Positions 57,081 through 64,000 of a stretch of DNA of 64,000 nucleotides are shown here, in pieces. The stretch is from an uncultured Alphaproteobacteria bacterium. GTDB lineage: Bacteria; Pseudomonadota; Alphaproteobacteria; Methylaequorales; Methylaequoraceae. The translations under genes and the position numbers were made by a program. The stretch is taken from the NCBI GenBank assembly GCA_902530985.1, contig CACACI010000001.1, positions 134,420-198,419 of the forward strand, given 5' to 3'. The stretch's first letter is position 1. Each line of letters begins with the position of its first letter. The notes under the pieces were generated by a model that was not told the DNA's origin, did no database searches, and worked only from the letters and a program-made list of their open reading frames with translations.

Positions 57081-59412
57081 CTTTTTCTCTCACATAAAAT
57101 TCTAATCTGTCATTCTCGATAACATCGTTGAATTTTGAAAGAACTATCCCACATTCAAGTCCACTCGAGACTTCTTTAACTTGATTTTTTTCTCTTCTGA
57201 GGCTTTCAATATTGCATTCGTGTATTTGATTTTGATCTCTTATAATTTTAACAAATGATTTAGATGTAACTTTACCTTCCTCTAAAAAACAACCAGCAAC
57301 TTTACTTGAATCTGAAAGTTCAAAAACTTGTTTAATCTTTGCCTTACCTATTAGGGTTTCTTTGATTTTGTCTTCATCTAAGCCATCAATAATTTTTTGG
57401 GCTTCGTCAATCACTTCATATATAATAGAAAAATTACTTATACTTATTCCTTCTCTTTTAGATAAAGTTTTTGCTTGCGTATTTGCCCTCACATTAAAAC
57501 CAAATATTTTGGCATTTGAAGCAATAGCTAACGTTACATCTGATTCATTGATTTCGCCAACTGCAGCATGAATTATTTTTATTTCAGTTTTTTCTGAGTC
57601 CATTTTATTTAAACTTTGCTCTATTGCTTCCTTTGATCCATGAACATCAGCTTTAATAATAATTGATATTATTTTTTTCTCATCCTTAGAGGCACTTTCA
57701 ATCATTTGATCAATAGTAACCCTTTTTAGAGAGGAGTTTTCTTCTATTCTTTTCATTCTTGATCTATACTGAGTTACTTCTCTTGCTCTAGATTCATTCT
57801 CAACAACAACTAATTTATCTCCAGAACTCGGTGTTCCAGATAGACCAAGTAGTTCAACTGGATAACTTGGAAGTGCAACGCTAATTTTTTCTCCAGAATC
57901 ATTATACATTGCTCTTACCTTACCCCATTCTTTTCCAATAACTGCTATGTCTCCAACTTTTAGTGAGCCATTTTGTATCAAGATAGATGCCACTGTTCCT
58001 TTGCCTTTTTCGATTTTAGATTCAATAACTGTACCTTCAGCATTTCTATTGGGATTAGCTTTTAATTCTAAAATTTCTGATTGTAGCAATATAGAATCTA
58101 ATAGATTTTCAATTCCTTCTTTAGTTTTGGCTGAAACATTAACAAAAACATTCTGTCCTCCCATTTTTTCACTAATGATCTCATGTTTCATTAAATCAGC
58201 CTCTACTTTTTGGGGGTTAGCTGTCGGTAAGTCTATTTTATTTATTGCTACTACTATTGGGCATTCTGAGGCTTTAGCGTGACTTATAGCTTCAATAGTT
58301 TGTTCATTTACACTATCATCTGCTGCTACAACCAGGACTATTATATCGGTGATGTTAGAACCCCGGGCTCTCATTTGGCTAAAAGCTGCATGCCCAGGGG
58401 TATCTATGAACGTAATCATCTGACCCTTTTTTGCTTCAACTATATAAGATCCTATGTGTTGAGTAATCCCACCAGCTTCTGTTGAAGCAACCTTTTTTTC
58501 TCTAATGACATCAAGAAGGGATGTTTTCCCATGATCAACATGCCCCATAACTGTAACAACTGGAGGCCTTTGTTCTAAATCTTTTGCAATGTCTGAAGGC
58601 CCACCCAAACCAACTTCAACATCAGACTCACTTACTCTCTTGGGCACATGACCAAACTCTATAACTAATAACTCTGCTGTATCTCCATCTATGGTTTGAT
58701 TAATGGTAGCCATTACTCCTAATTTCATTAATGACTTTATTAAATTTGAAGATTTTTCTGCGAGTCTCAGGGCTAGCTCATTTACTACAATCAAGTCAGG
58801 AATAATTATTTCCTTTTTTTTCTTCTCTTTCGACTCTAAGTTATCTTTGTTATCTTGATTTGTTACATTTCTTAGCTTAGCTTTTTCCCTAGCTCTTTTT
58901 ATAGCAGCTAGTGACCTAACTTTTTCATTGCCATCATCAAGGGCTTGAGATATTGTAAGTTTTCCTTGTCTTCTATTTTCAAAACTTTTAGGTGATTTAG
59001 TAAATTTAGGTTGTTTAGCTTTCTCGTTGGCGTTATTTTTGACTTCATCAACACTCTGAGTTTCATTAAAATTTTTAACAACACTTTTCTTAAAATTTTT
59101 CTTTTCTTTATCGTCATTTAATGTCTGATTTTTTGTATTTTGGCCTTGATCTTTTTCTCCCTCAATTATTTCTGGAGTATCATCTTTTTTTTGACCTTTT
59201 AGCATATCTGGAACTAGTGATTCCGGAGATTTTGGTTGTTCGATTTCCTGATCTTTTGAAAAACCAGTAAGGGTTCTTCTTTTTTTTACTTCCACAGAAA
59301 CTGATCTGCTTCTTCCATGTGAAAAGCTTTGCTTTATTTGTCCAGCATTAATCGTTTTTTTTAGCTGAAGTCTTCCAGTTGGATTATTTTTGTTATCTTC
59401 GTTTTCTTCCAT
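57064..59412 (-). CDS. infB: Translation initiation factor IF-2
   Basis: 782 aa. Low-complexity N-terminus followed by the GTPase motifs VMGHVDHGKTSLLD, DTPGH and NKID. Confidence 0.98.
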   Translation of the reverse strand: MEENEDNKNNPTGRLQLKKTINAGQIKQSFSHGRSRSVSVEVKKRRTLTGFSKDQEIEQPKSPESLVPDMLKGQKKDDTPEIIEGEKDQGQNTKNQTLNDDKEKKNFKKSVVKNFNETQSVDEVKNNANEKAKQPKFTKSPKSFENRRQGKLTISQALDDGNEKVRSLAAIKRAREKAKLRNVTNQDNKDNLESKEKKKKEIIIPDLIVVNELALRLAEKSSNLIKSLMKLGVMATINQTIDGDTAELLVIEFGHVPKRVSESDVEVGLGGPSDIAKDLEQRPPVVTVMGHVDHGKTSLLDVIREKKVASTEAGGITQHIGSYIVEAKKGQMITFIDTPGHAAFSQMRARGSNITDIIVLVVAADDSVNEQTIEAISHAKASECPIVVAINKIDLPTANPQKVEADLMKHEIISEKMGGQNVFVNVSAKTKEGIENLLDSILLQSEILELKANPNRNAEGTVIESKIEKGKGTVASILIQNGSLKVGDIAVIGKEWGKVRAMYNDSGEKISVALPSYPVELLGLSGTPSSGDKLVVVENESRAREVTQYRSRMKRIEENSSLKRVTIDQMIESASKDEKKIISIIIKADVHGSKEAIEQSLNKMDSEKTEIKIIHAAVGEINESDVTLAIASNAKIFGFNVRANTQAKTLSKREGISISNFSIIYEVIDEAQKIIDGLDEDKIKETLIGKAKIKQVFELSDSSKVAGCFLEEGKVTSKSFVKIIRDQNQIHECNIESLRREKNQVKEVSSGLECGIVLSKFNDVIENDRLEFYVREKDEKKP

Positions 59413-59418
59413 CTAGAT

Positions 59419-60939
59419 CTAACTTTTATACCAATGTTTTCTTGCTTCCATAATAATTTCATCAGCTTTTTCAATATTCATGTCTCTAAAAATTTCAATA
59501 AGTTCTGAATTAGATAAATCAGCAAGTTGATCTCTTGTTTTGATATTATTGTCGTTCAATTTTAATAATTGATCAGTACTAAAAAGTTTTGTATTTAATA
59601 AGTATTCATCAACTCCAAATTCCTTTAATTTTGACAAATTTTCAATTCTAGTTTTTTCTACACAATTTTTAGCTCTTTCAATAAGTTCTTTGGATAAATT
59701 CTCGTCAAAGCCTTCAATTGAGTTTAATTCCTCAAGTGATACCATAGCCAACTCATCAATTGATGTAAAACCTTCAGTGACTAACAAATGGGCAATAACT
59801 TCGTCAACGTCCAAGAAACTAATAAATTTTTGCGAAAGACTCTTAAATTCCTCACTTCTTCTATCTGATTCTTGAGATGTAGTAAGAATATCAATACTCC
59901 ATCCACTTAATGAACTAGCCAATCTCACATTTTGACCTTTCCTTCCAATTGCTAGACTTAGTTGTTCATCAGGGACTATTACGTCAATTTTTTTCAAATC
60001 CTCCTCAATGATAACTTTATCAACTTCTGCTGGACCTAGAGCATTCACAACAAAAGTGGCAATATCTTCAGACCACAACACAATATCTATCTTTTCTCCC
60101 TGCAATTCATTTACAACTGCTTGAACTCTACTTCCCCTCATTCCTACGCACGCCCCAACAGGATCAATGCTCTTTTCTTTTGTATAAACAGCTATTTTTG
60201 CTCTACTTCCAGGGTCTCTGGCAACTGATTTAACTTCAATTATTCCATCATAAATTTCAGGTACTTCTTGAAAAAACAATTTTACTAGAAAATTATTGTG
60301 AGCTCTAGATAAAAATATTTGCGGTCCTTTGAGATCATATTTCACATCATTGATATAAGCCCTAATCCTATCTGACCTCCTAAAGACTTCTCTATTCAAC
60401 AATTCTTCTCGTCTCAAGATTGCTTCTCCTTTACCAAGATCAATAATTAAATTTCCATACTCTACTCTCTTAACAATTCCATTAACTATATCACCTATTT
60501 TATCTTTGAATTCATTAAACTGCATAGTTTTTTCAGCCTCTTTAACTTTTTGAAAGATGACTTGCTTGGCTGTTTGGACTGCTATTCTTCCAAAATCTAA
60601 TGGGGGTAATTCTTCTTTAACAAATTCTCCAATATTAAGAGATTTATTATCTTTAGTGAGACTGGAATGATTTATCTTATTAATTCTCTCCTCAATTGGT
60701 AAATTTTCTATATCATCAACTACTTCTTGGTACCTAAACAAACCAATTCTTCCTGTTTTTTTATCAACATGAGCCCTTATATCAAGTTCAAAGCCGTATT
60801 TTGTTCTTCCGGCTTTTGCGATAGCTAACTCCATGGCATCTATTACCTCAAGCTCATCAATACCTTTTTCTTTAGCAATATTTTTAGCTACATCAATGAT
60901 GTCAAAAGTCTGAGTATCTCTTATTTCGTCTTTTTCCAA
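59419..60939 (-). CDS. nusA: Transcription termination/antitermination factor NusA
   Basis: 506 aa. TTG is the first available start (an in-frame TAA lies 9 nt upstream). Has an S1 domain, two KH domains (GACVGMRGSRV, AIGRKGQNVRLA) and C-terminal AR repeats. Confidence 0.96.
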   Translation of the reverse strand: MEKDEIRDTQTFDIIDVAKNIAKEKGIDELEVIDAMELAIAKAGRTKYGFELDIRAHVDKKTGRIGLFRYQEVVDDIENLPIEERINKINHSSLTKDNKSLNIGEFVKEELPPLDFGRIAVQTAKQVIFQKVKEAEKTMQFNEFKDKIGDIVNGIVKRVEYGNLIIDLGKGEAILRREELLNREVFRRSDRIRAYINDVKYDLKGPQIFLSRAHNNFLVKLFFQEVPEIYDGIIEVKSVARDPGSRAKIAVYTKEKSIDPVGACVGMRGSRVQAVVNELQGEKIDIVLWSEDIATFVVNALGPAEVDKVIIEEDLKKIDVIVPDEQLSLAIGRKGQNVRLASSLSGWSIDILTTSQESDRRSEEFKSLSQKFISFLDVDEVIAHLLVTEGFTSIDELAMVSLEELNSIEGFDENLSKELIERAKNCVEKTRIENLSKLKEFGVDEYLLNTKLFSTDQLLKLNDNNIKTRDQLADLSNSELIEIFRDMNIEKADEIIMEARKHWYKS

Positions 60940-61054
60940 TTTCTTACCTTAATTATCTTATTATTTTAAATTATAACTTTGTTTTGAAATTTTAAAATTT
61001 TAAGATATTCATACCAATACTTTAATAAAACTTAAATAATTTAATAATTTTTTT

Positions 61055-61711
61055 TTATTTTGAAAAAATAAAAAAATTAATTTTCTTTTTTTCATTTTTA
61101 GCTTTTACATAATATTTTGTTGGAAAAATATTAAAATCCTCGAAACTCATGTAATCATTTCTAAATAGTTCTAACTTAAAAAACTTTTCCTCAGTAAATG
61201 TATTTAATATATTATTAGAATAATCTTCATCATCTGTTGCTATAAATACCTTGGATTTATTACACGTAACTTGTCCAAGATGTTTTACAAAATTTTTATT
61301 GATTATTCTTCTTTTCTTATGTCTTTTCTTTGGCCATGGGTCAGGAAATAAAATATAAACTTTGTGGAGAACAATCTTCTTTAATAAATTAAATAATTTA
61401 AGAATATCTAGATTAGTAAAATAAATGTTCTTTTGCTTTTTTAATTCTATTTTTTTTTTTAATTTCAAAACACCAGAGATGAAAGGGTCACAAGCTAGAA
61501 AAATTTCCTTTGTAAATTTTTCTGATTGAAATATTAGATTTTCTCCTATGCCAAAACCTATCTCAAGATTTATTCTTAATGCAGTATTATTTATTATTAA
61601 TTTAAGATCTTTAAATTTGGAATCATCAAAAAAAAAGTCAAACTCTTTTAAATCGCAATAATTGTAGCTCTTTGTTTTTCTTGATAGTTTTCTTCCATAG
61701 AAAGGCAACAT
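61055..61711 (-). CDS. trmB: tRNA (guanine-N7)-methyltransferase
   Basis: 218 aa. Contains LEIGFGIGE and FPDPWPKKRHKKRR. Confidence 0.9.
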   Translation of the reverse strand: MLPFYGRKLSRKTKSYNYCDLKEFDFFFDDSKFKDLKLIINNTALRINLEIGFGIGENLIFQSEKFTKEIFLACDPFISGVLKLKKKIELKKQKNIYFTNLDILKLFNLLKKIVLHKVYILFPDPWPKKRHKKRRIINKNFVKHLGQVTCNKSKVFIATDDEDYSNNILNTFTEEKFFKLELFRNDYMSFEDFNIFPTKYYVKAKNEKKKINFFIFSK

Positions 61712-61713
61712 TT

Positions 61714-62889
61714 TCAGTATTCATTAGCAATTATTTCTGCTAAATCGGTTTTTTCCCATGAAAAGCATCCAGTCTCAGGAATAAAGTTCCTTCCAAAATG
61801 ACCATAAGTAGAAGTAGGTTCATAAATGGGTTTATCTAAATTTAAATAAGTTTTTATGCCATTAGGTGATAAATCAACATGTGAATTAATAATTTGGATA
61901 ATTTTCTTTGAATTCACATCTGAATCATGATCAGTTTCTAGATAAATTGATATTGGTTTCGCAACGCCTATTGCATATGATAATTGAATTAAACATTTTT
62001 TAGATAATCCACTCGCAACAACATTTTTTGCTAAATATCTTGCAATATAGGCTGCTGACCTATCAACTTTTGTGTAATCTTTACCAGAGAATGCTCCACC
62101 ACCATGTGGGGCAGACCCTCCATATGTATCAACAATAATTTTTCTACCAGTTAAACCAGTATCACCATCCGGTCCCCCTATTACAAATCTACCAGTTGGG
62201 TTTATTAAAATTTCCTTTGATTTTGGCATAATATCGGAAGGAACTGAACCTTCTATAATTTCTAATACTTTGTCTCTGATTTTAGAATTGTCAATTTCGG
62301 GAAGATGTTGAGTTGATAAAACAATCGAAGTTATTTCTTTAGGCTTATTTCCTTCATATTTCATAGAAACTTGACTTTTTGAATCTGGACCAAAAAATGA
62401 ATCATTCTTCTTTCTGTAACTTGAAAGTGCCATCAATATCTTATGTGAATAAAATATTGGAGCTGGCATTAATGAGTCAGTTTCAGAACAAGCAAATCCA
62501 AACATAATTCCTTGATCACCAGCCCCTATAAATTTTTCTGCATCAACACCCTGAGAAATATCTTGTGACTGTTCATGAAGATAATTTTCTATCTTAATTT
62601 TTTCCCAATGAAAACCTTCTTGTTCATAACCTATTTCTTTAATTTTTTTTCTAATATTTTCATCAATAATTTCATTACTAACCTTATCAGAGTTCTCGAT
62701 TATTTTAACTTCACCAGATAAAATCACTCTATTTGTAGTTGCTAGAGTCTCACAGGCTACTCGTGAATTTCTATCTGCCTTCATATACAAATCAACAACT
62801 AAATCAGAAATCTGGTCACAAACCTTGTCTGGATGACCTTCAGATACTGATTCACTTGTGAAAATATAATTTTCTAGATTTTTTGACAT
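61714..62889 (-). CDS. metK: S-adenosylmethionine synthase
   Basis: 391 aa. Contains FTSESVSEGHPDK, GAGDQGIMFG, GGGAFSGKD and DRSAAY. Confidence 0.98.
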   Translation of the reverse strand: MSKNLENYIFTSESVSEGHPDKVCDQISDLVVDLYMKADRNSRVACETLATTNRVILSGEVKIIENSDKVSNEIIDENIRKKIKEIGYEQEGFHWEKIKIENYLHEQSQDISQGVDAEKFIGAGDQGIMFGFACSETDSLMPAPIFYSHKILMALSSYRKKNDSFFGPDSKSQVSMKYEGNKPKEITSIVLSTQHLPEIDNSKIRDKVLEIIEGSVPSDIMPKSKEILINPTGRFVIGGPDGDTGLTGRKIIVDTYGGSAPHGGGAFSGKDYTKVDRSAAYIARYLAKNVVASGLSKKCLIQLSYAIGVAKPISIYLETDHDSDVNSKKIIQIINSHVDLSPNGIKTYLNLDKPIYEPTSTYGHFGRNFIPETGCFSWEKTDLAEIIANEY

Positions 62890-62915
62890 AAAGATAAACT
62901 AGTATTTCATAATTA

Positions 62916-64000
62916 TTAAATTTTCAAACTTTTTCTTTTTTTTATATAACTATCCAAAGCTAAATTTAATATTAAAATAAAAATAATTCCCAACAATAAC
63001 ACGCTGTTTTTATGTTTCATGAAAAAGGTAGAATTATCTCCTAAGCCAATCTCAGATTGTAAAAAACCACTTTTATTTAAACCCAGTTTTTTTATAATTT
63101 TTCCATCGGAATTAGTTATTACAGAAATGCCTGAATTAGCAGACCTAATTAGAGGAACACCTTTTTCTACAGACCTAAAAATTGATGCAGCTAGATGCTG
63201 TTTTGGTCCTGTCGTACTTCCAAACCATGCATCATTTGTCACATTAATTAACATCATGATTTTTTTATAATTAAAGGTCTGAAATATTGCTTCATAACAT
63301 ATTGAAGGTTGAAAAATTAGCTCTTTTTCGCCGTATAAGAATCCAAAGTAACTATTTGTTTCACCCTTACTAAAATCAGTTTCACCCGGTGTAAGTTTCC
63401 AGAAATCAAGAATTGAACGAAATGGGACAAACTCTCCAAAAGGGACTAAACGTTTTTTATCATAAAAAAAAAAATTGTCTCTTTGGATTATGAACATTGA
63501 ATTATATACTTTAAAGTTATTTCCTTCAAAACTTCTCCTAAGTCCACCAGTTATAATTGTAGTGTTTTCGGTTATATTTTTTTTTAAATAGTTAATTAAA
63601 TCAATTTGTTCATTTAAATACACCGTCAACGCAACTTCTGGCCATACGACAACCAAATTCTTATTTTTTGTTTCATCATTCAATAATGATAATTCTAATA
63701 ATTTATCTATATGATCTTGAAAATGAATTCTGTTCCATTTCTCTTTTTGAAGAATATTTGGTTGTACTACTCTTATTAAAATTTTATTTTTATTTTCCTT
63801 AAATTTTTTTTTCTCAAAAACTGAAAATGATATTAAGAAAACAGGAAAAAGTAACAAAGGTAGCATATAAAGCTTGCTTTTTTTTTTGATTAATACACTA
63901 GTTAAGGTAAACCAGAAAATTGTTAAAAAAGATAACCCAAAAACCCCAATAAAAGAGGCTATTTTTATAAAATTTGCGTTAAAAGTCCAAATGTGAGCAG
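62916..64000 (-). CDS. lnt: Apolipoprotein N-acyltransferase, N-terminal membrane part outside window
   Basis: Has a CN-hydrolase domain (RVVQPNI, WPE, ICYE, NDAWFG). The frame stays open upstream of the track's Met 63866 to the window edge, encoding TM segments (..IWTFNANFIKIASFIGVFGLSFLTIFWF..). Confidence 0.9.
   Translation of the reverse strand, partial: AHIWTFNANFIKIASFIGVFGLSFLTIFWFTLTSVLIKKKSKLYMLPLLLFPVFLISFSVFEKKKFKENKNKILIRVVQPNILQKEKWNRIHFQDHIDKLLELSLLNDETKNKNLVVVWPEVALTVYLNEQIDLINYLKKNITENTTIITGGLRRSFEGNNFKVYNSMFIIQRDNFFFYDKKRLVPFGEFVPFRSILDFWKLTPGETDFSKGETNSYFGFLYGEKELIFQPSICYEAIFQTFNYKKIMMLINVTNDAWFGSTTGPKQHLAASIFRSVEKGVPLIRSANSGISVITNSDGKIIKKLGLNKSGFLQSEIGLGDNSTFFMKHKNSVLLLGIIFILILNLALDSYIKKRKSLKI

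Noticed and set aside
62890-62915. SAM riboswitch upstream of metK, or SAH riboswitch upstream of ahcY (13968 onward)
   Set aside because: Only 26 nt separate metK from lnt, and the ahcY start overlaps the preceding gene. There is no space for an aptamer of about 50-100 nt.

Overview
This window reads as core chromosome from a visibly AT-rich, highly streamlined alphaproteobacterium, Pelagibacterales/SAR11-like. That assignment rests on gene content and alphaproteobacterial synteny, not on any search. I support about 74 protein-coding genes and one tRNA (Arg, anticodon TCG). There is almost no non-coding DNA: many neighbours share ATGA/TAATG junctions, and most convergent or divergent pairs touch or overlap. 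Recognisable blocks are: ihfB-(lapA-like)-pyrF-trpFBA-accD-folC; trxA-sbcB-murU-like-amgK-like-tsaE; ahcY plus a regulatory PTS cluster (hprK-rapZ-EIIA(Man)-HPr::EI fusion); polA; a small accessory-looking stretch (orphan ABC ATPase, alpha/beta hydrolase, three micro-ORFs, POT peptide permease, tRNA-Arg); an envelope-sugar operon (DUF2141-UXS-hldE-HAD); CbiX/SUMT-like tetrapyrrole genes split by an ankyrin-repeat gene; SCO1; a class A PBP; gyrB-recF-dnaN-dnaA-rhodanese-rpsT; mutM/ubiE-coaBC-dut; Rrf2-cysK-thiF-like; and pnp-rpsO-truB-rbfA-infB-nusA followed by trmB-metK-lnt. I see no rRNA, CRISPR array, transposase, integrase, prophage or recognisable defence system. I could not find a convincing novel multi-gene system. 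The observations most worth follow-up are: a LapA-like gene broken inside an 18-T homopolymer; an HPr::Enzyme I fusion in a permease-less PTS cluster; a hydrolase whose lipoprotein signal peptide is reachable only from a non-canonical start; an imperfect 17-bp stem structure in the POT permease leader; a degenerate siroheme-type gene pair interrupted by a secreted ankyrin protein; an unannotated zf-CHCC micro-gene; and pervasive overlap of head-to-head and tail-to-tail genes. All functional calls come from motif and architecture recognition by eye, with no database searches.
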